A DNA stretch of 64,000 bases from an uncultured Holophagales bacterium (GTDB lineage: Bacteria > Acidobacteriota > Thermoanaerobaculia > Multivoradales > UBA5704): assembly GCA_963842525.1 (NCBI GenBank), contig CAWJGT010000009.1:224001-288000 (forward strand). Reading direction: 5' to 3'. The notes under the pieces were generated by a model that ran no database searches, was not told the origin of the DNA, and was given only the letters and a program-made list of their open reading frames with translations. Below are positions 1 through 10,413 of the stretch, in pieces. Position 1 is the stretch's first letter. Each line of letters begins with the position of its first letter. The position numbers and the translations under genes were made by a program.

Positions 1-35
1 CCAGCCAGCAGAGCGATCGCTAGAAACTTCCACAT
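1..35 (-). CDS. 5' end of a secreted/outer-membrane protein running off the window (MWKFLAIALLAG...)
   Basis: ATG at 35 with AAGGGAG RBS upstream; signal-peptide-like start. Confidence 0.5.
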   Translation of the reverse strand, partial: MWKFLAIALLA

Positions 36-137
36 CGGACATCTCCCTTGTTCGCGAGGGTTCGACAGAGCCCGGACACACGGGACGCGCCAACGGCGCG
101 ACTCCCAGGCCGGACGGGTACGACGTCTGTCGTCCGG

Positions 138-480
138 CTACGTCAAGGGGATATGGTCGATCGAGAAGACGAACGGCGGCGGGACGTGGTCCCCGCGATC
201 GAGGGCCAGCTCCTGGACGGTCCGCATGCCGTCCAAAGAGGGTCTGGTCCCGAGCACGGCGCTGGCCTGGCAGGCCTTCTGGCACAGGTCGTGGCCGCCC
301 CGCGGGTCGCAGCAGTCGTCGCTGGAAGGAGCCGGCGCGGGCTTTTCCGCCTCATGGCAGGAGCCGTGCTCCATGATGGGCTGGCTTGGCTTCTCCTGGG
401 CCCGGCAGGGATGGGGTCCCGACAGCCAGACCGAGGACCAGCGCGAGCAGGAGGAGCCAGATGGTGGAGCGTGCTTCCAT
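138..480 (-). CDS. Small Cys/His-rich exported protein of the type found upstream of heavy-metal efflux operons; apparent 1-nt frameshift after the signal peptide
   Basis: ATG at 480 gives MEARSTIWLLLLALVLG; the CH..CC..CQKAC..IDHIP part (138-374) is in another frame. Confidence 0.5.
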
Positions 481-601
481 GGCGTGAGGCGGCCCCGGGG
501 AGAAATCCCGGGGGGAGAGTCAGTCTACCACGGCATTGTGCGGGCAGAACCTTCGCAAGTGCGCGCCACGACCGAGGATAGCTCTGGTCCGTGGTCATCT
601 C

Positions 602-710
602 GGCCGCCCGGGCATGAATGCCCGGGCTAGGAACAGCGCCGGGTGAACCCGGCTTCGAGCCCCATTCATGGGGCGCTGTTGCTAGCCCGGCGATTCATCG
701 CCGGGCGGGC
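602..710. repeat. REP-like composite palindrome (REPIN-type doublet)
   Basis: GCCCGGGCATGAATGCCCGGGCTA ... TAGCCCGGCGATTCATCGCCGGGC with inner hairpins. Confidence 0.75.
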
Positions 711-751
711 CTACGCCTCGACGGGCACCACCCCCTTGCTATACGCTCAGA

Positions 752-843
752 TGCCTGCGCCCCTTCGGGGCTCAGGAGAATTTTGGGGGGCGCAAACCTG
801 GCGCTGAAGCGCCAGGCTTTATGCCCGACCCCCTTCGGGGCTC
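752..843. repeat. REP cluster, third copy of the family flanking the Y1 transposase
   Basis: GCCCCTTCGGGGC and CCTGGCGCTGAAGCGCCAGG palindromes. Confidence 0.8.
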
Positions 844-939
844 TTCCCGCGCCGCCCTCTCGAAATGGGTTCACGCTTTGGACTACGTGCCATCTTCCCC
901 TCCGGGGAGCTCGTACCCTGGTCGATTAGAACCTCCACG

Positions 940-1137
940 CTACGAGGAGCTACGCGCTACGTGGTCGAGCACTGCCTCCGCCTGCTCTCGGACAACGCCC
1001 AGCCTTGCGCCGGACTCGAGATTTTCGAACAGCGCCTTGACAGGCACTCGCGTGCCGCGGAAGACCCAGGCGCCGCTCACACGGTCCGGGTAGCGCTCGA
1101 CAGCGGGGCATTGAGACCAGTCCAGCATCGAAGTCAT
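940..1137 (-). pseudogene. DUF433-family antitoxin-like gene, apparently with an internal deletion
   Basis: VSGAWVFRGTRVPVKALFENL motif; the usual middle helix (..EFLEWFP..) is missing. Confidence 0.65.
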
Positions 1138-1197
1138 CTTAACAAAGATCGGCCGACAATGTGGTGGTCGAGGTAGTAGGAGGGGAGGAGGCTGGAA

Positions 1198-1288
1198 CCC
1201 CGAAGGGGGACCGGGCGTAAAGCCTGGCGCTTCAGCGCCAGGTAGCTCGTCCCCACAGATTCCAAGCCCTGAAAGGGCGTAGGCGTGC
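1198..1288. repeat. REP cluster, left flank of tnpA (inverted relative to 1781-1870)
   Basis: CCCCGAAGGGG, CCTGGCGCTTCAGCGCCAGG, GCCCTGAAAGGGCGTAGGCGTGC. Confidence 0.85.
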
Positions 1289-1289
1289 C

Positions 1290-1741
1290 TCAACCGAGCA
1301 GATATTGATCGTCGTACGGAATCCCCTGTCTTTCAAGAAGCTCGATGAGCTCCTCGCGGAAAGATACTCGCCGATGATGCTCCTCCTGGTTCCGGATGTA
1401 ACGCCGGACCTTCTCGGCCAAGGAGGCACTGACGGAGAAGGCGCCATACCCGTCCTGCCAATCAAAAGACCCAGATGAGTCTGGCCTCTCATTGAGCCAT
1501 TTTGACGACTTGCCCTTGATCTTCTGCACCGCCAGGGCGACTGCCATGGCTGGCTTGAGCTTGACAAGAAGGTGGACATGGTCCGGCATGCCACCAATCT
1601 CCAACAGAATCCCCCCTTCTCCGCGGAGAATGCCGCCCATGTATTGGTACAAGGGCTCTCTGGTTTCGGGCTTAATCAGGGGAAAGCGATTCTTCGTCGA
1701 GAACACGATATGAAAGAGGAGGTTGGCAAAGGTCGAGGCAT
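1290..1741 (-). CDS. tnpA: IS200/IS605-family Y1 HUH transposase, REP-associated (RAYT-like)
   Basis: HIVFSTK, DHVH (HUH), WQDGY, YIRNQEEHH; the likely ATG at 1741 is 1 nt out of frame (probable indel). Confidence 0.9.
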
Positions 1742-1780
1742 AGTTTTGAGTGATCTCCAAAATTATTGGCAAGCCCGAGA

Positions 1781-1870
1781 GCACGCCTACGCCCTTTCAG
1801 GGCTTGAGGGATTGGTGGCTGCCACCCTGGCGCTGAAGCGCCAGGCTTTACGCCCGGGCCCCTTCGGGGC
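1781..1870. repeat. REP cluster, right flank of tnpA
   Basis: Near reverse complement of 1198-1288. Confidence 0.85.
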
Positions 1871-1883
1871 CTTGTTTCCCGGC

Positions 1884-3566
1884 TCAGGCCTCGACCGGCA
1901 CCGCGCCTCCGCGCTCCCCCCGCAGCTTGAGCAGCGCCGAGAGCGCCAGATAAATGGCGAGCAGGATCAGCAGCAGGGCCGCCACGCCGTTGAGCAGCTC
2001 GATGTCGAAGCCCTTGGAGGCGTGGAGGTTGGCCCAGGTCAGCTTGCCCAGGGCCCAGAGGGTGATGGTGAGCACGAAGAGCATGGGGTAGAGGGTGAAG
2101 GCGATCCGCTTGCGGGCCTGGTGGAGCCAGACGGTGATGGAGAGCAGCGTCAGCGCCGCCAGGAGCTGGTTCGAGGCCCCGAAAAGGGTCCAGAATTTCT
2201 GCCACATCCCCTCGCCGGCAAAGGAGAGGAGGAGCGCCGGCGCGATCACCGTCACCGCCGTGGCCGCCACCGCGCCGGTCTTGCCCCGCCAGCCGAGAAG
2301 CTCCTGCAGGAGATAGCGGCCGAGCCGTGTCGAGACGTCCAGCGTGTCGAAGACGAAGGTGGAGAAGGCCATGGCGCCGAAGGTGATGGCGAAAGCCAGG
2401 TTCTCCCTGCCGACGAGCAAGGTCAGGAACTGCCCGATGCCGTTGCCGTAGATGGTGCCGGGCGTCAGGCCCTGGAGCTGGTCCTTGGTCATGATCATCA
2501 CGGTCACCAGGGCGATCAGGGCGACGAAACCCTCGGCGAGCATGGCGCCGTAGCCCACCGGACGGATGTGCGACTCCTTGTCGACCTGTTTGGAGGTGGT
2601 CCCCGAGCAGACCAGGCCGTGGAAGCCCGAGCAGGCGCCGCAGGCGATGGTCACGAAGAGGAAGGGGAAGAGGGTGCCGGTCATCCCGCCGACGTCCCAG
2701 CTCTTGAACGCCGGCTGCTGCACCTGGTAGCCGCCGAAGAAGATCCCGATCACCCCCAGGGCCAGGGCCGAGTAGAGGATGAACCCGCCCAGATAGCCGC
2801 GCGGCTGGAGGAGAATCCAGACCGGGATCATGGAAGCGATGCCGCAGTAGACGAGGATCAGGAGGCTCCAGCCCTTGACGTCGAGGAGGAGAAGGTCCGA
2901 GAGGTAGACCCCGGCCCAGGAGCAGGCGAAGCTCGCCGGCACGAAGATGAGGGTGACCAGCCAGAGCGGCGGCTTCCAGAGCTTCTGGACGACGCCCAGC
3001 ACGAAGGCCAGCAGGAGATAGAGGACGCTCGCCGCGGCCACGGCGCCGCCGGGGTGGAAGGAGACGCCTCCCGCGGCCTGCAGCTCCTCGGTGCCCACCA
3101 CGAAGCTGCGCGCGGTGATGTCGACGAAGGCCACGATCACGTAGATCAGGGCGATCCAGATGAAGGCCATCATGGCGAGCCCCGCCTTGCGCCCCAGGTG
3201 CTCGCCGGTGATCTCGGCGATCGAGCTGGCGCCGTGGCGCACCGAGGCGGTCAGGCTGGAGAAGTCGTGCACCGCGCCGATGAATACCACGCCGAGGCCG
3301 ACCCAGAGCAGGCAGGGGAGCCATCCGAAGGCCTGGCAGGCGATGATCGGGCCGGCGATCGGGCCGGCCGCGGCGATCGCCGAGAAGTGCTGGGCGAAGA
3401 GGTAGAAGGGAGCGGTGGGGACGAAGTCGACCCCGTCGTTGACCTTGTGCGCCGGCGTCACCCGGCTGTCATCGAGCGCGAACTGCCGCGCCACCCACCC
3501 GCCGTAGATCCGGTAGGCGGCGAACAGCAGGACCAGGAAACCGGTCGCGAGCAGGGGCAGATTCAT
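1884..3566 (-). CDS. cstA: Carbon starvation protein A family peptide/pyruvate transporter
   Basis: TPAH..NDGVDFVPT, HFSAIAAAGPIAGP, FVTIACGACSGFH, LFGASNQLLA. Confidence 0.95.
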   Translation of the reverse strand: MNLPLLATGFLVLLFAAYRIYGGWVARQFALDDSRVTPAHKVNDGVDFVPTAPFYLFAQHFSAIAAAGPIAGPIIACQAFGWLPCLLWVGLGVVFIGAVHDFSSLTASVRHGASSIAEITGEHLGRKAGLAMMAFIWIALIYVIVAFVDITARSFVVGTEELQAAGGVSFHPGGAVAAASVLYLLLAFVLGVVQKLWKPPLWLVTLIFVPASFACSWAGVYLSDLLLLDVKGWSLLILVYCGIASMIPVWILLQPRGYLGGFILYSALALGVIGIFFGGYQVQQPAFKSWDVGGMTGTLFPFLFVTIACGACSGFHGLVCSGTTSKQVDKESHIRPVGYGAMLAEGFVALIALVTVMIMTKDQLQGLTPGTIYGNGIGQFLTLLVGRENLAFAITFGAMAFSTFVFDTLDVSTRLGRYLLQELLGWRGKTGAVAATAVTVIAPALLLSFAGEGMWQKFWTLFGASNQLLAALTLLSITVWLHQARKRIAFTLYPMLFVLTITLWALGKLTWANLHASKGFDIELLNGVAALLLILLAIYLALSALLKLRGERGGAVPVEA

Positions 3567-5458
3567 GGCGGGGCGACCGCGGCTTCGCTGCGCCTTCCCA
3601 GCCAGAGGACGCCGCCGATGATGATCGCCGTGCCGAGCACCAGCGAGATCCAGGGAGAAAGGCCGTAGGCGGTGGGGATGTCGCCCACCAGCATGCCCAG
3701 GAGCCCGATGCTCAGGGCGTAGGGGAGCTGTGTGCGGACGTGGGCGATGTGGTCACACCCTGAGGCCATGCTGGAGAGGATGGTGGTATCCGAGATGGGG
3801 GAGCAGTGGTCGCCCCAGACGCTGCCCGCCAGCACCGAGGAGATGGTGCCCAGGAGCAGGACATAGTAGACCTCGCTCCCCACTGGATGGCCGCCGTCGA
3901 GCGAGAGCCCGTGGGAGATCGGGATGACCAGGGGCATGAGGATGCCCATGGTGCCCCAGGAGGTGCCGGTGGCGAAGGAGACCGCTGCCGAGACCAGGAA
4001 CACCAGCACCGGCAGGAAGTGCGGCGAGACCACCCCCCGCGTGAGGCTCACCACGTAGTCGGCGGTGTGGAGCTCGGTGCAGACGCCGCTGATGGACCAG
4101 GCGAGGGTGAGGACCACCACCGCGAGCAGCATGGCCTTGAAGCCTTCGAGCAGGGCCGCCACGGCCTCCTTGACGTCGATCAGGCGTTGCGAGAGAGGCA
4201 GGATGAGCGCGGCCAGCACCCCCGAGAGGCTCGCCCAGAGAAGGACGTCGAGCGACGACGCCTCCGAAAAGACGGCGCGGATCCAGGCGGTGAAGCTTGC
4301 GAAGCGCGCCCGGTCTAGGCCCGCCGCACCGGAGACGTAGAGGCCCACGATGGTCACCACGATAACGGTGAAGATGGGCAGGAGGGCGTTGCGCGACCGG
4401 TGGGGGATGCCGGCCCGGGGCGCCAGCCCGGAGCCGGAGAAGTCGCCGAGCGCCACGTGCTCGTCGGCGAGCACCTTGCCGGTGGCCGCGGCGCGCCGCT
4501 CGGCCGCCAGCATGGGGCCGAAGTCGCGGCCGCTCGCCGCGATGGCGAGGCCCAGCACGAGCGCAAACAGAGGATAGAAACGGAAGACGATGGAGCCGAT
4601 GAAGGCGCCGAACGCGTCATAGGGCAGCGACAGGGCCGAGAAGGCGGCGGTGATCAGCCCCACCTCGAAGCCGACCCAGGTCGACAGCGGCACGATGCTC
4701 GCCACCGGCGCCGCGGTGGAGTCGACGATGTAGGCGAGCTTCTCGCGGCTGATCCGCAGGCGGTCGGTGATCGGCCGCATGGTCGGCCCGACGATGAGGG
4801 TGTTGGCGTAGTCGTCGAAGAAGATCAGCAGGCCCATGAGCCAGGCGGCGAGCTGGCCCCGGCGGCTGGAGGTCGCCAGCGGGGTGAGCCTCTCGACGAT
4901 CCCCTGGCTGCCGCCGCTCCGGCTCATCACCCCGACCATCCCGCCGAGGAGGATGGTGAAGATGACGATCTTGGCGTGGTCGCCGTCTGCCAGAGCCGGC
5001 GCCACGAACTGGTCCGCCGAACGGGCGAAGGCGGTCCAGGGTACCCAGCCGTTGAGGGCGAGGGCGCCGACGAAGACGCCCGAGAAAAGCGCGATCAGGA
5101 CGTCCTTGAAGATCAGCGCCAGGCCGATCGCCACCAGCGGCGGGAGAAGAGAGATCCAGGCGGGCAGGGTGCGGATCGCGGCTTCAGCCCGGGAGCCGCC
5201 GGCCTCCAGGGCCAGGGTGTGGCGCCCCGAGGCCAGATCGGCCCCGGGCACGGCGAGGGGTTGGGTGCCGGGCACGAGGCTGACCTGGCTCACCTCGCGG
5301 CCGTCGACGAGGACGCGGCCTGCGAGCGCCTCGCCGGGAGCGAGGCCGGCGACTCCCACCTCGAGGTGGAGCGGCTGGCCCGAGAGCGAAGCGCCGTCCA
5401 GGCTCACCGTGAGCTCGGCAGCCTCCGCCCGCGAGCCGGCGGCCGCCACGAGCAGCAC
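3563..5458 (-). CDS. Na+/H+ antiporter NhaC-family transporter with N-terminal Ig-like extension (start uncertain)
   Basis: FFDDYANT, SREKLAYIVDSTAAP, FATGTSWGT, GDHCSPISDTTILSS. Confidence 0.9.
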   Translation of the reverse strand: MLLVAAAGSRAEAAELTVSLDGASLSGQPLHLEVGVAGLAPGEALAGRVLVDGREVSQVSLVPGTQPLAVPGADLASGRHTLALEAGGSRAEAAIRTLPAWISLLPPLVAIGLALIFKDVLIALFSGVFVGALALNGWVPWTAFARSADQFVAPALADGDHAKIVIFTILLGGMVGVMSRSGGSQGIVERLTPLATSSRRGQLAAWLMGLLIFFDDYANTLIVGPTMRPITDRLRISREKLAYIVDSTAAPVASIVPLSTWVGFEVGLITAAFSALSLPYDAFGAFIGSIVFRFYPLFALVLGLAIAASGRDFGPMLAAERRAAATGKVLADEHVALGDFSGSGLAPRAGIPHRSRNALLPIFTVIVVTIVGLYVSGAAGLDRARFASFTAWIRAVFSEASSLDVLLWASLSGVLAALILPLSQRLIDVKEAVAALLEGFKAMLLAVVVLTLAWSISGVCTELHTADYVVSLTRGVVSPHFLPVLVFLVSAAVSFATGTSWGTMGILMPLVIPISHGLSLDGGHPVGSEVYYVLLLGTISSVLAGSVWGDHCSPISDTTILSSMASGCDHIAHVRTQLPYALSIGLLGMLVGDIPTAYGLSPWISLVLGTAIIIGGVLWLGRRSEAAVAPP

Positions 5459-5622
5459 TGCGAGCCCCAGGATCAGCGATTTCGTGCGGAAGATGCCTTG
5501 GAGCAGGGCGGGCCTCCCATCTTCAAGAGGGTTCAGATCCGGTCAAGAACGGGCGGGAGTGTGACATGGGAGGGAGGTCTGTGCAACCGGCCCGTTTTCC
5601 TCTAGCATAGGCCCCCTATTTC

Positions 5623-6916
5623 ATGGCCAAGCGCATCCCCCTGCACACGCGCATCCTGATTGGCGGCCTCCTGGGCGCGGTGGCCGGGATCGTGGCCCAT
5701 CTCGCCTTCGGGGACGACCCGGGCCTCGCGTCCTTCATCGCCTGGGTCACCGGCCCGATCGGACGGATCTTCCTCAACCTCCTCTTCATGCTGGTGATCC
5801 CGTTGCTCTTCTCGGCCCTGGTGCTGGGAGTGGCGGGCCTGGGAGACCCCCGGTCGCTGGGGCGGATCGGCCTCAAGGCCCTCGCCTATACCGTCGTCGT
5901 GTCGGCCATCGCCGTGCTGCTCGGCATCACCCTGGTCAACCTCTTCCGGCCGGGCGAGGCCATCTCCCCCGAGCTCAAGACGCGCCTGGAGGCGACAGCC
6001 GCGCAGCGCCTGGCCGGCCAGACCGCGGCGCCGGCCCCGAAAAGCGGGATCGACATGCTGGTCGACATCGTCCCGCGCAACCCCATCAAGTCCGCGGCGG
6101 ACGGCGACATGCTCGCCGTGATCTTCTTCTCCCTGTTCGTCGGCATCGGCCTGGCCCTCGTCCGCACCCCCGCCGCCCTGCGCTTCCAGGAGGCCCTCGA
6201 GGGGCTCCTCGACGTCAGCATGCGGCTGATCGGCCTGGTCATCGCCTTCGCCCCCATTGGGGTGGCCGCCCTGCTGTTCAATCTGACCGCCCAGCTCGGG
6301 TATGAGGTGCTGGGGCCGCTCGCCCGCTATGTCGGGGTCGTGCTGCTCGCCCTCGCCATCCACCAGTTCGTCGTCTACTCCCTGGCGGTCCGTTTCCTGG
6401 GCGGCATGAGCCCGCTCGCCTTCTTCCGCGGCATCCAGGAGGCGATGATCACGGCGTTCTCGACGGCGTCGAGCAACGCCACCCTGCCGACCGCCCTGCG
6501 GGTGGCCGAAGACGAGCTGCGGCTGCCGCCGAGCGTCAGCCGCTTCGTGCTGACCGTCGGGGCGACGATGAACCAGAACGGCACCGCCCTGTTCGAAGGG
6601 GTGACGGTGCTGTTCCTGGCCCAGTTCTACGGCGTCGAGCTCGAGCCTGGCGCAGCAGACCATGGTGGTGAGCATCTGCATCCTCGGCGGCGTCGGCACG
6701 GCCGGCGTCCCCGCCGGGTCGATCCCCGTGGTGGCCATGATCCTCGGCCTGGTCGGCATCCCGGCCGAGGGGATCGGCCTGATCCTCGGAGTCGACCGTT
6801 TTCTGGACATGTGCCGTACAGTCCTCAACGTCAGCGGGGACCTGGCGGCAGCAGTGGTGGTGTCGCGTGGCGAGGCAGGCACTGTGATCGCACCGGCGGT
6901 GGCGCCGGACATGTAA
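5623..6916 (+). CDS. Dicarboxylate/amino acid:cation symporter (GltP/DAACS), frameshifted near 6645
   Basis: FSTASSNATLP and GATMNQNGTALFE; the C-terminal GTAGVP..GVDRFLDM part is in ORF 6662-6916. Confidence 0.9.
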
Positions 6917-7066
6917 AACCGGGCAGGCATGGTTCCTGCTATTACCGAGAGCGTGGTTCCCCGGTGCGCCGGGGGCTCATCCTCCTTGGATCGTGAAGGA
7001 CATGCCGGCAGGACACCGGGAACCAAATCCGGGGTGTTCCCATCTAAGTGGCGGAGAGGTGACGAC

Positions 7067-7918
7067 ATGCACAGACCGTTTTCTATTCTTCTCGCCGTAC
7101 TCCTGATCGCCCCGGCCTTGGGGGGGTGCAACAAGGTCCAGGCGCGGGTCGAGATGAAGAAGGGCAACGCGCTGTATCAGCAGGAGGCCTATATTGCAGC
7201 ACTTGATCAATTCCAGAAGGGGCTCGAGCTGGACCCGAACGCCACTTTTGCCTGGCGTTCGGTGGGGCTGACGGCGCTCGCCCTCTACCGCCCCGGGGAT
7301 CCGGGCCCCAAGAACACCGGCTACAGCAAGACCGCCATCGAAGCCTTCGAGAAGTACCTGGTCGACTATCCGGATGACGAGAAGGTCCAGGACTACCTGA
7401 TGACCATGTACGTCAACGACAAGGACTACGACGAGGCGCTGGCCTTCCTCGACAAGCAGGCGCAGAACAGCGACGACCCGAACGATCCGAAGTTCGATAC
7501 CTCGCGGGTGCGCATCCTCCTGCAGTCGAACCGGACCGATCAGGCCTGGCAGCTCGCGCAGAAGCTGCCGGCGAGCCCGGCCAAGGCGGAAACGCTCTAT
7601 TCGATCGGCGTAGCGTCCTGGGACAAGTCGTACAACGACAAGAGCCTCGATCCGGTCACCCGCGAGCAGGTGGTCGACCGGGGGCTCAAGGCGACCGAGC
7701 AGGCTCTGCAAATCAGGCCGGAATATTTTGAAGCGATGGTCTATTACAACCTGCTCTACCGCGAAAAGGCGAAGATGCAGACGGACGTGGCGAAGCGGGA
7801 GGAGTACCTAGCGCAAGCCCAGGAGTGGGTCCAGAAGGCCACTGCGCTACGCAAAAAGCAGCAGGCGGAGGAGAAGGCAAAAGCCGCGGCCGAAGCGAAG
7901 GCCGCATCGGCAACCTAA
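7067..7918 (+). CDS. TPR lipoprotein
   Basis: Lipobox LGGC; TPR-like helices; first gene of the TonB cluster. Confidence 0.8.
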   Translation: MHRPFSILLAVLLIAPALGGCNKVQARVEMKKGNALYQQEAYIAALDQFQKGLELDPNATFAWRSVGLTALALYRPGDPGPKNTGYSKTAIEAFEKYLVDYPDDEKVQDYLMTMYVNDKDYDEALAFLDKQAQNSDDPNDPKFDTSRVRILLQSNRTDQAWQLAQKLPASPAKAETLYSIGVASWDKSYNDKSLDPVTREQVVDRGLKATEQALQIRPEYFEAMVYYNLLYREKAKMQTDVAKREEYLAQAQEWVQKATALRKKQQAEEKAKAAAEAKAASAT

Positions 7919-7942
7919 TCGTCTCAGGGACAGGGTGAAACG

Positions 7943-8716
7943 ATGTTCGAGAGCTCACTGTACGAATTGGACAAGACACGGAAGCGCGGCATCCGCTGGT
8001 ACATCCTGCCGGTCGCCGTCTTCATCCACCTGGCGGTCGCCGGGGCCTTCCTCTTCGCCAACTATTGGGAGGTGCCCCCCGTTCCGGAGCCGCCGATCAA
8101 CGTCGTATTCTTCAGCGCGGCGGCGCCGCCGCCACCACCCCCGCCGCCTCCTCCCCCGCCGCCTCCGGCCCCGAAGGCGGTGCCCAAGGTCGAGACGCCC
8201 AAGGAGCTGCCGGTGGTGCGGCCCACCGAGCCGGTACAGCCCGTCGAGGTGCCTGACATCGTGCCCGAGGCGACCACGGAGCCCGAGGTCGGGGTCGAAG
8301 GCGGCGTCGAAGGCGGCGTCGAAGGCGGTGTCGCCGGCGGTGTCGCCGGCGGTGTGGTGGGCGGCGTCCCCGGCGGTGTCGTCGGTGGTACGCCCGGCGG
8401 CGTGCCCGGCGGCGTTGTCGACGACGCTCCGCTGCGGGTCGGCGGCGGCGTCTCCCGGCCGGAGAAGATCTCCGGCTCGCCTCCGGTGTATACCGAGGTG
8501 GCGCGCAAGGCCCGCGTCACCGGCGTGGTGATCGTGGAGGCCATCATCGACGAGAGTGGAAACGTGACCAATGCGCGGGTGCTCAAGGGGCTGCCCATGG
8601 GCCTCGACAAAGCCGCCCTGGAGGCCGTCCAGAGATGGAAGTTCAAGCCGGCCCAGTACCAGGGACGTCCTGTGAAGGTGTACTACACGCTGACCGTGAA
8701 CTTCCAGGTGCAGTGA
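7943..8716 (+). CDS. tonB: Energy transducer TonB
   Basis: N-terminal TM, poly-Pro and GGVxGG linker, C-terminal YTEVARKARVTG..WKFKPA. Confidence 0.92.
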   Translation: MFESSLYELDKTRKRGIRWYILPVAVFIHLAVAGAFLFANYWEVPPVPEPPINVVFFSAAAPPPPPPPPPPPPPPAPKAVPKVETPKELPVVRPTEPVQPVEVPDIVPEATTEPEVGVEGGVEGGVEGGVAGGVAGGVVGGVPGGVVGGTPGGVPGGVVDDAPLRVGGGVSRPEKISGSPPVYTEVARKARVTGVVIVEAIIDESGNVTNARVLKGLPMGLDKAALEAVQRWKFKPAQYQGRPVKVYYTLTVNFQVQ

Positions 8717-8744
8717 GCACCTGCGTCTAAAGGAGAGCCGAGTT

Positions 8745-9425
8745 ATGGATTTTAGTATCGTCGGCATGTGGGAATCGATGACCATCATCGCCAAGTTGGT
8801 CGTCATTGTCCTCCTGATCCTTTCCGTCTGGTCGCTCTACATCGCCGTGGAGCGCGTCCTGACCTTCCGCAAAGCCGAGAAGCAGTCGCTGGCCTTCGCC
8901 AAGATCGCGACCGACCACCTCAAGCACGACCGGCCGCAGGCGGTGGTCGACAGCGCCATGAAGTACCCTGCCAGCCACCTGGCCCGCGTCGTCTCCGCCG
9001 GGTTGCAGGCGTACCAGTTCGAGGCGCAGACCAGCAATCTGTCGGACGAGGAAATCATCGAGGCCGCCAACCGCGCCGTCGAGCGCGCCAGCCTGCTGAC
9101 CCTCTCCGACTTCAAGAAAGGCACCGGTAGCCTGGCGACCATCGCCACCACCGCCCCCTTCATCGGCCTGTTCGGCACCGTGATCGGCATCATCAACGCC
9201 TTCCGCGGCATGTCCATGACCGGCTCGGCCGGTATCGGCGCGGTGGCGGGCGGTATCGCCGAGGCGCTCGTCGCCACGGCGATCGGTCTGTTCGTGGCCA
9301 TTCCCGCCGCCTGGATGTTCAACTACCTCCAGGGCCGCCTCGAGCGGCTCCAGGTCGAGATGAACAACTCCGGGTCGGAGCTCGTGGACTTTTTCGTGAA
9401 GAGACAGAAAAAGAATGCGGCATAA
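8745..9425 (+). CDS. exbB: MotA/TolQ/ExbB proton channel
   Basis: APFIGLFGTVIGI, GIAEALVATAIGL. Confidence 0.92.
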   Translation: MDFSIVGMWESMTIIAKLVVIVLLILSVWSLYIAVERVLTFRKAEKQSLAFAKIATDHLKHDRPQAVVDSAMKYPASHLARVVSAGLQAYQFEAQTSNLSDEEIIEAANRAVERASLLTLSDFKKGTGSLATIATTAPFIGLFGTVIGIINAFRGMSMTGSAGIGAVAGGIAEALVATAIGLFVAIPAAWMFNYLQGRLERLQVEMNNSGSELVDFFVKRQKKNAA

Positions 9426-9444
9426 TAAGAAAAAGCCCAACCCT

Positions 9445-9858
9445 ATGGCCGATAACTCCTTCCGAGGAGACATCAACGTCACTCCGCTGGTCGATGTCTG
9501 CCTCGTGCTCCTGATCATCTTCATGGTGGTCACCCCGATGCTGCAGAAGGGCGTCGATGTGGCCCTGCCGGAGACCGACAATCCGACGAAGATGCCGGAG
9601 AGCGAAAAGGATCTCGCGGTCTCCATCAAGCAGGACGGCAGCGTCTATGTCCAGGGCAACTGGGTCCAGGACGAGGCCCTGCCCGCCCGGCTCAAGGAGG
9701 TCCATGACCAGACCCCCGAGAAGGCCGTGGTGGTCAAGGGGGACCGCCGTCTCAAGTACAAGGACGTGCGGCGGATCATGCGGCTCATCAACGAGGCCGG
9801 TTTCACACGCGTAGGCTTGGTGACCGACCAGAAGGACAAGTCCGACGGTGGCGCCTAG
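9445..9858 (+). CDS. exbD: ExbD/TolR protein
   Basis: INVTPLVDVCLVLLIIFMV. Confidence 0.9.
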   Translation: MADNSFRGDINVTPLVDVCLVLLIIFMVVTPMLQKGVDVALPETDNPTKMPESEKDLAVSIKQDGSVYVQGNWVQDEALPARLKEVHDQTPEKAVVVKGDRRLKYKDVRRIMRLINEAGFTRVGLVTDQKDKSDGGA

Positions 9859-9870
9859 GAGGTAACGAAC

Positions 9871-10347
9871 ATGGCGATGAGTGTTGGGTCGTCAAGCGGC
9901 CCGAAGAGCGACATCAACATCACACCGCTGGTCGACGTGGTGCTGGTGCTCCTGATCATCTTCATGGTGATCACACCGATCATCCAGATGGGGTACGAGG
10001 TCCAGGTGCCGCCCAAGGTCGAATCGGTGGTGCCGGCCCCCTCCGATGACCAGGTGATCGTGCGCATGGACGCCGAGGGGAACCGGTTCATCAACAAGCA
10101 GATGCTCTCGGAGTCGGAATTCCCCCAGAGGCTGCGCACGGCCCTCACGGGGCGCAAGTCCAAGGTCATCTTCTTCGCGGCGGACGGCGAGCTCGAATAC
10201 GACATGGTCGCGGACTTCATGGACGTCTGCCGCGACAATGGCGCCGAGAACCTCGGCATCGTCTTCGAGGACATGAGGAGCGCACCCGCCGCCGCGTCCG
10301 GGCTCGGTACGGCTGCGCCCGCTCCCGCGGCGACCGGCGGACCCTAG
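9871..10347 (+). CDS. exbD: Second ExbD/TolR protein
   Basis: INITPLVDVVLVLLIIFMV. Confidence 0.9.
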   Translation: MAMSVGSSSGPKSDINITPLVDVVLVLLIIFMVITPIIQMGYEVQVPPKVESVVPAPSDDQVIVRMDAEGNRFINKQMLSESEFPQRLRTALTGRKSKVIFFAADGELEYDMVADFMDVCRDNGAENLGIVFEDMRSAPAAASGLGTAAPAPAATGGP

Positions 10348-10413
10348 GTCCGGCCGCGCCTTTCATTCCCCTGGCTGGAGCAGGGGTGGCCGGGCCACAG
10401 GCCCCGGCCGCCC

